DNA of 64,000 bases from an uncultured Christensenella sp. (GCA_964455585.1 CAYVXW010000005.1:1972-65971); one strand, 5' to 3'. Shown: positions 1 through 9,662, counted from the first letter of the stretch. Made by a program: numbers and translations. Notes: generated from the letters alone by a model not told the origin.

Positions 1-162
1 CATATTCAAAAAATTCGGTCTATTGTCGTTTGTTGCAGTTAGGGCCTCATCTATATAAGTCTTTACAAGATTTATTTTATTTTTTTCGCAATAATCTAAT
101 ATTGCTCGTTTTTGTGCCTCTATACTATAACCATCTCTTTGGTTTTCCGAACTATATCTCAT
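1..162 (-). CDS. Serine recombinase (integrase), N-terminal fragment running off the left edge
   Basis: Minus-strand translation from ATG at 162: MRYSSENQRDGYSIEAQKRAILDYCEKNKINLVKTYIDEALTATNDNRPNFLNM. It carries the resolvase-domain signatures Y-x-R-x-SS-x-x-Q, S-I-E-x-Q and RP-x-F. No ORF-track entry because it is truncated. Confidence 0.55.
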   Translation of the reverse strand, partial: MRYSSENQRDGYSIEAQKRAILDYCEKNKINLVKTYIDEALTATNDNRPNFLNM

Positions 163-217
163 ATATGCACAAGCATTTATTGTATTTTTAGGACTATACC
201 AAACATAATCTTTTGAA

Positions 218-799
218 TTAATCATTTTCACCACCATAATCTCTTATTGATTTAACCAAATACCCCAAAATTTTATACTCTTTTTCGTTAGAAATATCTA
301 TTGGGGGTTGGTCATTTTTTATTGATAGCATTTTTACCCCATTTTTTGCCCATAGGAAGCCCAAAAAGAGTTTACTTGATAAATTACTCACCAAGACCGT
401 TTTATTGCGAAAATCACAACAATTTCGAGCGAAAATAAGCATATCTCCATTATTTATACCAACTTGATTTTCAAAATTTGAGAAAATAGCAAAATATTGA
501 TTGTTTCCATCCAATAAAAATGGGTTGATTTTACTTTTTGTTGAGTTGTCCAAAATGTTAGTGTAAAAATCGATTAGATTATTTCCATTGTCATAATTTA
601 GCAAATAATCGGTGTTAACATGGTAGACCTTTGCTAAATCAAGTAACACTTTACCTCTAGGAATGCAAACATTATTTTCGTATTTACTAATTAAATATCT
701 ACTTATTCCAATATTTTCTGCAACTTCTTCTTGAGACATGCCCCTATTGGTTCTTATCTCTTTTAATCTATCTCCAAGTCTCATACTATTTACCACCAT
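218..799 (-). CDS. CI/LexA-like repressor (N-terminal XRE HTH plus C-terminal S24-like domain)
   Basis: HTH segment LKEIRTNRGMSQEEVAENIGISRYLISKYENN. C-terminal pattern GINNGDMLIF...KTVLVS...KLFLGF...KILGYLV resembles the LexA/CI autocleavage domain. Alternative start ATG at 784. Confidence 0.6.
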   Translation of the reverse strand: MVVNSMRLGDRLKEIRTNRGMSQEEVAENIGISRYLISKYENNVCIPRGKVLLDLAKVYHVNTDYLLNYDNGNNLIDFYTNILDNSTKSKINPFLLDGNNQYFAIFSNFENQVGINNGDMLIFARNCCDFRNKTVLVSNLSSKLFLGFLWAKNGVKMLSIKNDQPPIDISNEKEYKILGYLVKSIRDYGGEND

Positions 800-1175
800 T
801 AAAACTTAAGATTAAGGACTTTGTGTTTTGCAAGACAATATTCAATTCGTTATCGGACAAATTGTCGATGTCACTTTTTGAAACACCCAACATAGACAAA
901 GCAAGAAATAAATGTTCTCTTTCGTTATTACTTTGGTTTTCTTCAGTGGTTTCAACACCATAAATGTCGTTTGGTGAAACTTCAAGAATATCGCAGTATG
1001 CAAAGATAACATCTACACTTGGAACATAATCTCCCTTTTCCCAATGTGAGATGCTCGAATTGGATATTTGCAAGTTTAATTTTTCAGTTAAAAGATTAGC
1101 CATATCTCGTTGACTAATCTTTTTTTCTTTTCTTAATTTTGATAAGTTTTGGGCAAAAACGAATTTCTTTTCCAT
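786..1175 (-). CDS. XRE-family HTH transcriptional regulator (second immunity-region repressor)
   Basis: LSKLRKEKKISQRDMANLL...ISHWEKGDYVPSVDVIFAYCDILEVSPNDI is a classic Cro/C1-type HTH. Divergent from the Cro-like gene. Confidence 0.6.
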   Translation of the reverse strand: MEKKFVFAQNLSKLRKEKKISQRDMANLLTEKLNLQISNSSISHWEKGDYVPSVDVIFAYCDILEVSPNDIYGVETTEENQSNNEREHLFLALSMLGVSKSDIDNLSDNELNIVLQNTKSLILSFNGGK

Positions 1176-1243
1176 ATTTTTTACTCCTTTGTGTATTTAT
1201 AATAATACAATTATAAACAAATTTCAATAGAAATGACAACATT

Positions 1244-1377
1244 TTTTGCGAAAAAAAACAAATATTTTTGCGATTAAAAATAAAAAGTTTGCGAAAAACA
1301 CAAATTTTTTTGAAAAAATGATTGACATTTGCGAATATCTCAAATATAATAGTTGTATAGTTTGAGAAAATCGCAAA
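1244..1377. promoter_or_regulatory. Candidate operator set: TTTGCGA x4 direct (1244, 1267, 1288, 1328) plus 1 inverted (1371-1377)
   Basis: A repeated heptamer in the divergent intergenic region. One copy sits in the spacer of the rightward promoter. Confidence 0.4.
1322..1350 (+). promoter_or_regulatory. Rightward early promoter, consensus TTGACA-17 nt-TATAAT
   Basis: TTGACA at 1322-1327, TATAAT at 1345-1350, exactly 17 nt spacer, upstream of the Cro-like gene. Confidence 0.65.
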
Positions 1378-1403
1378 CTAAATTTATTAAAAGGAGAAAT
1401 GCT

Positions 1404-1643
1404 ATGATAAGAGAAACAAGCAATTTAGGTCAATTAATCAAAGATTTCATTGATGCGAGATATATGAAAATTGAATTATTGGCAACTGGGCTGGGTTTGT
1501 CTACTGATATCGTGTCTAAAATGTTGCGTGGCAAGAGAACTATTTCTGCTATTGAATATTTTGGAATTTGCAAGATATTGGAAGTTAAACCCAGCTATTT
1601 TTATGACCTAATGCAAAAAGAAAATGCCGGAATTAGGAAATAA
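1404..1643 (+). CDS. Cro-like HTH protein
   Basis: Start moved to ATG 1404, behind RBS AAGGAG. LATGLGLSTDIVSKMLRGKRTISAIEYFGICKILEV is an HTH motif. Divergent to the repressors. Confidence 0.6.
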   Translation: MIRETSNLGQLIKDFIDARYMKIELLATGLGLSTDIVSKMLRGKRTISAIEYFGICKILEVKPSYFYDLMQKENAGIRK

Positions 1644-1734
1644 AAACAAGGTTCGTTTGATTGAGCCCACAAAATCACACGAACAATCAATCTTTGCCTA
1701 TCATTTTAAAAAATTTCAAATATGGAGAAACAAT

Positions 1735-1996
1735 AATGAAAACAAAAACAACAATTATAGTAATAAATCAAAAAGTGTTAGTTGATGACGATAAAGAATC
1801 ATCTTATGAGTTTCGTATTGATGATTTGTTTAGATATGCAATGATTGAAAATGATAAATCTCGCAAGGCTACAGTATTTAAACAAGTTGCACAATTTTTA
1901 TTTGATAATGATATACGGGATGGGCAAATAATTACTTTTGTGGAAGAAAAATTAATAGAAGGAGAAAATAATGAAAATCATAGTAAAAAGTATTGA
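1735..1996 (+). CDS. Hypothetical early protein
   Basis: ORF with RBS GGAGAAAC before ATG 1735. No motif recognised. Confidence 0.4.
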
Positions 1997-3851
1997 TTTA
2001 ACAAATTTTAAAGGTTTTGCTAAATTACATAAAGAATTCGATCCTATAAAAGAAACTATAATGGCAGAAAACGGACAAGGAAAGACAACTCTAAAAGATG
2101 GTTTTTTCTGGGCTTTAGGTTTTAATCATATAGGAAATGTTATTCCAAGCAAAGACAACCTTGAAATTCCTAATTTGGAGATTAGGGCAACCATTAAAAT
2201 GGATATTGATGGTATCGAGTATTCTTTGGAGAGAACACAAAAAGAAGTGTGGAAGACTAACAAAGATACTGGTATCGAAGAAAAAATGAACAATGAGAGT
2301 TCGTATTTATTGGATGGAATTGAATATACTCTCAAAAATTACAAAGAAAAAATTGGAGACTTGTTCGGTGTTAACTATGACAAAATGTTAATGTTAATAG
2401 AAAAAGAGTTCTTTAACTCCAACACAAATAAATGGGGTTGGGCAGATAGAAGAAAAGAATTGTTTGAACTTTGCAACATAAACTCGCTATTAACTACATT
2501 GGTAGACAATGAAGAATACGACTTAATTAGAGAAGACATAAAGAAGGGATATTCGACTGCTGATATCAAGAAATCAATCGCAAAAGAAAGTAAAGGTTAT
2601 AAGGAAGAGAAAGAAAGGAATATGATTCTAATTGCCGATAAGCAAAACGAAATCTCAAAATATAACTCTGTTGATTTTGATACTATTGAAAAAGAAAAAT
2701 CGGAGTTGGAAAATAAGTTGACAGACCTATCTTTGCAATCGGCAAAACAAAAAGCAAATTCGATTATTGCAGAATATCAAAAACAAAAAACCGATAAAGA
2801 AATTGAACTACAAAAGTTAAAATTGGAAGATGTCCAAAAATCAAATGCAACCGAAGAGCAGTTAGATTTAATTTCTAGGGAACTTAAAAAGACAACTAGT
2901 CGTGCTAACGACCTAAAAGAAAATATTAAAACCGAAGAACAAAGAAGAGAAATTTATTTAGGGAAAATTGAAGAACTTAAAAAGTCTGAATGGCAAGGTT
3001 CAACTATTTGTCCTACATGCAAACAAACACTTCCAGTCGAAATGATTGAAACTGCAAAACAAAACTTTGAAAACGAGAAAAAACTAACTATTGGCAAATA
3101 CAATAGTTCTATTGAAAGTATTAATGCCTTTATTGACAATTCAAATAATGCAATTAATTCAATGAGAGCAAGTTATTCAACCCTTAAATCACAGTATGAT
3201 GAACTTATTATCAAAAAACAATCTTTTGTTGTTAACCCACTAATTGAACAATTGGAGAATGATATTAAATCTATCAACGATGAGATTACAAAAATTTTAA
3301 CCAATATGGAAGATGATAAAGAAAACAATTCCCTTATCGCAAGTATTAAAGAACAAATTAAAATCAAGAATGAACAACTTGCCTATAAAAATGTTGCCGA
3401 AGCAATTTCAAATAGGGTTGCAGAATTGAAAGAAAGAAACAAAGATTTGACCGATAAAGAAATGCTTTGCAAGACCAAAATTAAACAACTTGATGCTTAT
3501 GTTTCTGCACAAGTAAAAATGGTTACAGACTTGGTTAATAGCAAGTTTGACAATGGTGTTAGTTTTTCATTGTTTAATGTCTTGTATGCAAATAGTGACC
3601 ACGAAATAAGTGAAGAATGTGTTTGTATGCTTAATGGAAAAACTTACGATGAGATGTCATATGGCGAAAAGTTCATTGCAGATTTAGAGGTTGTTAAATC
3701 TCTTCAAAGAGAATATAATGCAAATCTTCCAATATTCTTGGACAATGCAGAGTGTGTGACAAGAGATTATGTTGCTAACCAACAACTTATTGAATTGTTT
3801 GCAAGTCGAAACAAATTTATTGATGCAATCAAAATAGAAAGTATTTTATAA
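1971..3851 (+). CDS. SMC/Rad50/SbcC-like recombination ATPase with central CxxC zinc hook
   Basis: N-terminal Walker A AENGQGKTT. Long coiled-coil with CPTCKQ near its middle. C-terminal Walker B/D-loop LPIFLDNAE. Confidence 0.7.
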   Translation: MKIIVKSIDLTNFKGFAKLHKEFDPIKETIMAENGQGKTTLKDGFFWALGFNHIGNVIPSKDNLEIPNLEIRATIKMDIDGIEYSLERTQKEVWKTNKDTGIEEKMNNESSYLLDGIEYTLKNYKEKIGDLFGVNYDKMLMLIEKEFFNSNTNKWGWADRRKELFELCNINSLLTTLVDNEEYDLIREDIKKGYSTADIKKSIAKESKGYKEEKERNMILIADKQNEISKYNSVDFDTIEKEKSELENKLTDLSLQSAKQKANSIIAEYQKQKTDKEIELQKLKLEDVQKSNATEEQLDLISRELKKTTSRANDLKENIKTEEQRREIYLGKIEELKKSEWQGSTICPTCKQTLPVEMIETAKQNFENEKKLTIGKYNSSIESINAFIDNSNNAINSMRASYSTLKSQYDELIIKKQSFVVNPLIEQLENDIKSINDEITKILTNMEDDKENNSLIASIKEQIKIKNEQLAYKNVAEAISNRVAELKERNKDLTDKEMLCKTKIKQLDAYVSAQVKMVTDLVNSKFDNGVSFSLFNVLYANSDHEISEECVCMLNGKTYDEMSYGEKFIADLEVVKSLQREYNANLPIFLDNAECVTRDYVANQQLIELFASRNKFIDAIKIESIL

Positions 3852-3861
3852 GGAGAAAATT

Positions 3862-4857
3862 ATGCAAAACGATATTATTATTTATGACAACAAAGCAATG
3901 ATAGATATTGCTGACAAATATTTACAAGAAGAAACTAGGGGTTTGGCTCTACCTGCAAACTATGACTATAAAGGGGCTGTTTCGGCATTGTATCTTCAGT
4001 GCTTAACAGTTACAACAAGTGACGGAAAACCAGCACTTGAAGTCTGCACAAGAGAAAGTATCGCAAAAACCATTCAAGACATGCTTGTGAAAGGTTTAAA
4101 CCCAAGCAAAAAACAATGTTATCCTATTGTTTATGCAAAGAGAGACAAGGACACGAAAGAAGTTATATGCTGGGAATTGCAACTACAAGAAAGTTATTTT
4201 GGTAGAAAAAAACAAGCATATACAAACAACAAAGAAATTGCAAACAACGGAATAATTGGACAATGTATTTACAAGGGAGACATTTTTGAAACCAGCATAG
4301 ACCAATACGGAAGAAAACACCTTGTAAAACACGAACAAAAATTTGAAAATATTAAAGATTCCAATATCATTGGAGCATATGCTTGTGTTCGATTTAAAGA
4401 TGGTTCGGATATGATAGATGTTATGGATATTGATTCTATTAAAAGGTCGTGGGCAATGAGTAGAACACAAGGTGACACTCACGGAAAATTTCCACACGAA
4501 ATGGCAATTAAAACTGTTATTTCAAGATTGTCAAAACAACTAAATAACTCAACCGATGATGAAATGGTTCTAAACCCAACCGATACAAATACCGATGAAA
4601 CCGAATTCGTTTTAGATCCTACAACAATAATTAACGAAGACCATTTAGAAGCGGAAGATCAAGACACTATAATAGTTGAAGATGTTCAAGAACCAACAGA
4701 CATTGCAGAAGAATCAATTAAAGAAGACATTCAAGAAACAACCAATAAATTAATATGTTCTAAATGTAATAAAGAAATCACACAAGCAGTTTATGATTTT
4801 TCGGTTAAGAAATTTGAAAAACCATTGTGTATGACTTGCCAAAAGGAAGAAAAATGA
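3862..4857 (+). CDS. RecT-family single-strand annealing protein with C-terminal zinc ribbon
   Basis: RecT-like pattern (GLNPSKKQCYPIVY, ESYFGRKK, GAYACVRFKDG, SWAMS, HEMAIKTVISRL). C-terminal CSKC...CMTC. Confidence 0.6.
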   Translation: MQNDIIIYDNKAMIDIADKYLQEETRGLALPANYDYKGAVSALYLQCLTVTTSDGKPALEVCTRESIAKTIQDMLVKGLNPSKKQCYPIVYAKRDKDTKEVICWELQLQESYFGRKKQAYTNNKEIANNGIIGQCIYKGDIFETSIDQYGRKHLVKHEQKFENIKDSNIIGAYACVRFKDGSDMIDVMDIDSIKRSWAMSRTQGDTHGKFPHEMAIKTVISRLSKQLNNSTDDEMVLNPTDTNTDETEFVLDPTTIINEDHLEAEDQDTIIVEDVQEPTDIAEESIKEDIQETTNKLICSKCNKEITQAVYDFSVKKFEKPLCMTCQKEEK

Positions 4858-5537
4858 AATTAGTTTGTGTCAGTTCTGGCAGTAATGCCAACTGCTATTT
4901 TCTAATTAATTCAAAAGGGGAAATCTTAATTTTGGATGCTGGTGTTAAGGTTGATAAATTAATGAACAATAAATATTTTAGTTCTTTTAAGAGTGTTGTA
5001 GGGTGTTTAATAACTCACCAACACAAAGACCACTCGTTGGCAGTTCAAGATTTTGAAATGGCCGGAATAGAAGTTCTTGGGTATATGAATATGCAATCAC
5101 AAAAAAAATATCAACTAGGAAATTACATAATCATTCCATTTAATGTTGTTCATGATGTAAAAAATTATGGGTATATCATTAAAGAAATAGATTCCAAATC
5201 ATTATTCGTATATGCTACGGACTTCTCCGACCTTCCTTTAATAGCAAATATTAATAATTGGTTGATTGAATGCAATTATTGTGAAGATTTATGGGAAGAA
5301 AAACTAATGGGTGAAAACCCTAATTATGGGTATCTTGGCAGAGTTCAAGAATCGCATATGGGGTTGTCGGCGCTAGAAAACTACTTTTCAAAAATCAAAA
5401 CACGACCAAACAAAATTATTCTTTGCCACCTTTCACAAAATGGAAATGCTGATAAGGTAAAAATGATTGAAGCAATGAGTAAGTATTCGCAATATGTCGA
5501 TATTGCAACTAAAAATAAAACATGGGAGATAGATTAA
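4854..5537 (+). CDS. Metallo-beta-lactamase-fold hydrolase/nuclease
   Basis: HQHKDH (HxHxDH) motif. Start ATG 4854 overlaps the RecT stop (ATGA). Confidence 0.65.
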   Translation: MKLVCVSSGSNANCYFLINSKGEILILDAGVKVDKLMNNKYFSSFKSVVGCLITHQHKDHSLAVQDFEMAGIEVLGYMNMQSQKKYQLGNYIIIPFNVVHDVKNYGYIIKEIDSKSLFVYATDFSDLPLIANINNWLIECNYCEDLWEEKLMGENPNYGYLGRVQESHMGLSALENYFSKIKTRPNKIILCHLSQNGNADKVKMIEAMSKYSQYVDIATKNKTWEID

Positions 5538-5945
5538 ATGTTTTCAGTATCAAATGAAGAAAGACAATTTTATTATAAGGTTCAACAGGTCAATGTTGGA
5601 ACCACAAGCAAGGGCAAACCTTTTACCTTTATTTCTATATCTAATAGGAAAAAGGATAGTAATGAATATGAAAATGCTAAATTAATGTATTGGGATGAAG
5701 CCGAAGTAAAAAAAGACGACTTTGTAGCATTCTTTAATGTTTCAGGTGTTGAACAATATAGTTTTTCACCTAGTGGGAGCATAAAAACTTATACCGGAGT
5801 AAATATTAGCACCACAAAGATTACAGTTAAACCACCAAAAGAAGACAAGGAAGAACCAAAAGAAAGTGCAGAACCACAAGTTCAGAACCAACCAATTTCG
5901 CAAAAAGATTATCAACCAATAGATGACAATAGTCTACCATTTTAG
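5538..5945 (+). CDS. SSB-like OB-fold protein
   Basis: Sits in the recombination module. Low-complexity P/E/K linker and terminal DDNSLPF resemble the SSB acidic tail (DDD-x-PF). Confidence 0.5.
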   Translation: MFSVSNEERQFYYKVQQVNVGTTSKGKPFTFISISNRKKDSNEYENAKLMYWDEAEVKKDDFVAFFNVSGVEQYSFSPSGSIKTYTGVNISTTKITVKPPKEDKEEPKESAEPQVQNQPISQKDYQPIDDNSLPF

Positions 5946-5952
5946 GTGATAA

Positions 5953-6510
5953 ATGAAAATTGATATAAATCTAACAAAAACAACTATAGATAAGTTGCTA
6001 AAACAAATGGTGATTTTAGTTGATACTGCCGAACAAGAAAATTCGCATATTATCAAATACTTTGATGACCACAATATTAAATGGAAGAAAAAGAGTTTGG
6101 AATTTGGAGATTATTCTTGCATGTTGACTAAAAATGAAGAACTAAATTTGCCTTGTGATGTGACTTTGGAAAATATAGTTGTAGTTGAAAGAAAAAACTC
6201 ATTAACCGAAATTAGCAACAATCTCAAAAAGGGAAGAACTGAATTTCATAATGAATTTATAGATACAATTAGGGTTGGTTGTAAAACGATTCATTTGGTT
6301 ATAGAAAAAGGTAGTTGGCAAGATATTCATAATTCTAATTACTATAGACCAGACGGAACTTATGTTGATGAAAAGGCATTTTATAATTCATTACTATCGT
6401 TTAGTAATAGATATAATATTAAAATAGATTTCGTTCCAAAGGACTTAATTGGTTTGCATATCGTAAGAATTATGCAAATGCAGTTGAAAAACATATTGGA
6501 AGTGAATTAA
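5953..6510 (+). CDS. ERCC4-type (Mus81/Hef-like) structure-specific nuclease
   Basis: VLVDTAEQ ... FGDYS ... VVERKNSLTEISNNL..GR matches the ERCC4 signature (D-x-R-E, GDY, ERK-x3-D). Confidence 0.6.
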   Translation: MKIDINLTKTTIDKLLKQMVILVDTAEQENSHIIKYFDDHNIKWKKKSLEFGDYSCMLTKNEELNLPCDVTLENIVVVERKNSLTEISNNLKKGRTEFHNEFIDTIRVGCKTIHLVIEKGSWQDIHNSNYYRPDGTYVDEKAFYNSLLSFSNRYNIKIDFVPKDLIGLHIVRIMQMQLKNILEVN

Positions 6511-6521
6511 AGGGAGACACT

Positions 6522-6977
6522 ATGGAGAACAAAACCATAAAATATTGCCAAACATTAAGAACAATGTGCGACAATATCAAAGACGAAATAAAATACGAAA
6601 TATTCCTTTATGCTTGTAGGAAATTCGTAGATTATAAATTGGGTAAATCACCCAGTAAAAATGTATCAAAACCTGAAATAATTTCTCACTTGATTAACAA
6701 GGGATATATGAAATATTCGGTAAATACCGAAACAGGTGTAAGAGATAAGTTGCCTGACGATAGGGGTGTTCGAAAAGCAATAAGAGAACTACTTACGGAA
6801 GGGTATCCGATAATAACTTCATCAAATGATAAAGGTTGCTTTATTGTGGAAGATCCACTAGAACTTGATAGACCACAAGAAGAGAATCACAATCGAGCAG
6901 TATCAATACTTGCAGTTGATAAAGGATATAACATGGTAAGACAACTATTGTCAGGACAACAAAATTTTTTACGATAA
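6522..6977 (+). CDS. Hypothetical protein
   Basis: ORF with RBS AGGGAG. No motif recognised. Confidence 0.4.
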   Translation: MENKTIKYCQTLRTMCDNIKDEIKYEIFLYACRKFVDYKLGKSPSKNVSKPEIISHLINKGYMKYSVNTETGVRDKLPDDRGVRKAIRELLTEGYPIITSSNDKGCFIVEDPLELDRPQEENHNRAVSILAVDKGYNMVRQLLSGQQNFLR

Positions 6978-7021
6978 ATGTATTATTTACAATACAAACA
7001 AGTTAAAATAAAGGAGAAAAA

Positions 7022-7843
7022 ATGGCAGATAAACGAATGTTCAGTAACAAAGTAATAGGAAGTGATGCTTTCTTGGAAATGCCAGACAGCACACAAAATC
7101 TATACTTTCACTTATCAATGTATGCTGATGATGATGGGTTTGTTGATAAGTATAAAACAATTATGAGAATGACAGGGAAAAAGGAAGACGACCTAAAACT
7201 CTTAATAGCAAAATCTTTTATAATTCCTTTTCAAAGTGGAGTAATAGTAATTCGACATTGGAGAGTTAATAACTATTTAAGAACTGATAGATATAACGAA
7301 ACACAATACATTGAAGAAAAGTCTAAATTGGTTATTAGCAAAAATGGAGAATACTCACTTGGTATACCAGTGGTATCCACAGATAAGATTAGTATAGATC
7401 AGATTAGTATAGATAAGAGTAATAATAATATGTTAGGTTTTTGCGATCAAAATGAACCTGCTTTATCTAAAAATGACACGATTGATGTTATTTCTCAATT
7501 TGAAATCTTTTATAAACTCTACCCCTGTTCAATAAACAAAAACAAAAAAACAAGCTTGAATTTATATTGGAATTGGTTGCAAGGTAAACACATTACTGTT
7601 ATGGGGAGCAAGAAATTAACTAGGTATAACCACTTACAGTTAATGTTCGCATTGAAAGAGTTTATAAGAGTTAATAAAGATAAAGAAGAAACATTTATTC
7701 CAAGATTGCCAACTTTCTTGGGAGAAAAAACATTGTGTGATTATGTGGAAAACTCCAAAGAGCAATACGAAAAGTATATGCTTGAAAAGTATGGAGAAGA
7801 GTGGAAGAAAATCAAATTTGAATATTCCAAAAATGGAGTTTAA
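7022..7843 (+). CDS. Phage replisome organizer / DnaD-like replication initiation protein
   Basis: N-terminus KRMFSNKVIGSDAFLEMPDSTQNLYFHLSMYADDDGFV is typical of the phage replisome-organizer N-terminal domain. It precedes the primase-Zn and helicase genes. Confidence 0.55.
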   Translation: MADKRMFSNKVIGSDAFLEMPDSTQNLYFHLSMYADDDGFVDKYKTIMRMTGKKEDDLKLLIAKSFIIPFQSGVIVIRHWRVNNYLRTDRYNETQYIEEKSKLVISKNGEYSLGIPVVSTDKISIDQISIDKSNNNMLGFCDQNEPALSKNDTIDVISQFEIFYKLYPCSINKNKKTSLNLYWNWLQGKHITVMGSKKLTRYNHLQLMFALKEFIRVNKDKEETFIPRLPTFLGEKTLCDYVENSKEQYEKYMLEKYGEEWKKIKFEYSKNGV

Positions 7844-7845
7844 AA

Positions 7846-8598
7846 ATGGCATGGCTTGATATTGTTAAAAACTCTATAACAAGTCGAGATGTCCTAGATA
7901 GGTATATAGGGCAAAACAATTTACATTTTCACACAAGAGATAAATACATGTGTCCTTTTCACGGAGATAAAAACCCAAGCATTTCAATAAACGAAAAAAC
8001 TGGCAAATGGAAATGTTTTGGTTGTGGGGTTGGTGGTGATGGTCTAGATTTTGTAATGCTATATTTCAAACTAAATCAATATGATGCACTTAAATTACTA
8101 GATTCCGATTTTCGATTAGGTCTTGAAAATTGCAAGAAAGATAGTGATGAAAAAATAAAAAAAATCAAATCGGAAAAAGAAAAACGAGAAAGGCAACAAC
8201 GGATAGACAAATCAATTAAGAAATTTTTATCAATGAAAATTCACAGTGCGATGCAAATTGCGCAAGAAATTTATAATAAAAATTGCCCACGACAAAACGA
8301 AAGTATCGAAGATTTTGCTATGGATGAAAAAAGGGTAGAACAATCAATGTGGGCCTCATATCAAATAGAGTATCTTGTTTGGTTAAAATTGGTTCTTGAT
8401 GAAAGTTATTATATTTGCGATCAAGACTACCCACCATTTCAGTTTGATTTGTTCGTTGTTGGCAAGTTTCCATTTGAATATGAAAAGGGTTTGTATGAAG
8501 AAAACGAGTTGGCAAAACATCTAAAGCAAAGATATATCTTGGTTTCGAATATGTTAAGAGAAAACACAATAGGTATCTTTGCCGATAGATTTTACTAG
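7846..8598 (+). CDS. CHC2 (DnaG-type) zinc-finger protein, no TOPRIM seen
   Basis: CPFHGDKNPSISINEKTGKWKCFGCGVGGDGLDFV is the primase CHC2 zinc finger. The rest has no E..DxD TOPRIM motif. Confidence 0.55.
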   Translation: MAWLDIVKNSITSRDVLDRYIGQNNLHFHTRDKYMCPFHGDKNPSISINEKTGKWKCFGCGVGGDGLDFVMLYFKLNQYDALKLLDSDFRLGLENCKKDSDEKIKKIKSEKEKRERQQRIDKSIKKFLSMKIHSAMQIAQEIYNKNCPRQNESIEDFAMDEKRVEQSMWASYQIEYLVWLKLVLDESYYICDQDYPPFQFDLFVVGKFPFEYEKGLYEENELAKHLKQRYILVSNMLRENTIGIFADRFY

Positions 8599-8606
8599 GA
8601 GATATT

Positions 8607-9650
8607 ATGGAAATAAAAGATGCTGTAATTGATTTTGGGAGTATTCCATATGAAAGGAAGTTGCCGGAAAGGGCATTGTATCCTTTTAGCCAGTTGAACT
8701 ATTTAACTGGTGGAATGGAACTTGGAGAAATAACCGTTATTGCTGGTGAAACTGGTTCTGGTAAAACAACATTTGTTTCACAGGTTGTGGACAATATTAT
8801 AAAAGACGATAAAGTGTTTTGTGTTTATGGCGAAAGCACAATACAAAAACAACAGCAAAATACATATAGGCAAATGGCAGGTTATGGCAAAGAAAAATAT
8901 GAATATGTGTCTTACAAGAAGAATGGCAAAGATACAAATATTGGTGCTTATTTTGTAAACGAAGAAATTGAAAGGCAAATTAGAAATAAGACATCAAAAA
9001 AATTATTTTACTATGATACTCGATACGGAATGACGATAGATAAAATTTTGGAAGTAATTAAATTTTGTCACGAAAACGAAAGGGGAAAGATTAATTACTT
9101 TGTGTTGGATAACTTAATGCAAATAGAAACAACCACTGCAGATGAAATAAGAGAGCAGAAAGATTGTTTTGAAAAATTGCGAAGATATACAACTGAAAAC
9201 AATATTCACATTGTGGTTCTTGCACATTATCGCAAATCTGCTGATATTGGGGTTATTAGAAGAAATCTATCTGAAATCGCAGGAACAAGTGCCATAGGTA
9301 ATAAAAGTGCTACTGCATTAAATATTATGAGACTTGATAATGTCGACAAATCTGGCAAGGCATACAAGTCGTTAAAGGCAGTTGTAAAACTAAACAATTA
9401 TGATTTAGACCAAGCCGATGCAGTTATTGAAGTTCTTAAAAATCGTTTTAATAAATTAGGTTTTATTTGCCTTAAATACGATAGAATTTCAAACACATAT
9501 TATGAATGCCCAAAATTAGATGAAGAAAAGAAAGAAAGTGAAAAGTCAGTAGTCTATGAGACTAAACAAACATCAATCGACCTTATGCCAATGACAGAGT
9601 TGAGTGAAAAAGAGCAACAAGAGATTGATGATATTTTTGGAGATTTTTAA
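8607..9650 (+). CDS. DnaB-like replicative helicase (RecA-fold C-terminal domain)
   Basis: Walker A AGETGSGKTTF, Walker B-like YFVLDNL, and VLAHYRK. Sits in the replication module. Confidence 0.6.
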   Translation: MEIKDAVIDFGSIPYERKLPERALYPFSQLNYLTGGMELGEITVIAGETGSGKTTFVSQVVDNIIKDDKVFCVYGESTIQKQQQNTYRQMAGYGKEKYEYVSYKKNGKDTNIGAYFVNEEIERQIRNKTSKKLFYYDTRYGMTIDKILEVIKFCHENERGKINYFVLDNLMQIETTTADEIREQKDCFEKLRRYTTENNIHIVVLAHYRKSADIGVIRRNLSEIAGTSAIGNKSATALNIMRLDNVDKSGKAYKSLKAVVKLNNYDLDQADAVIEVLKNRFNKLGFICLKYDRISNTYYECPKLDEEKKESEKSVVYETKQTSIDLMPMTELSEKEQQEIDDIFGDF

Positions 9651-9662
9651 AAGGAGAATATT

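Noticed and set aside
7384-7415. Short tandem duplication GATTAGTATAGAT(C/A)A x2 in the replisome-organizer gene (ISIDQISIDK)
   Set aside because: There are only two in-frame copies inside a linker region. This is likely a trivial duplication with no evidence of function.
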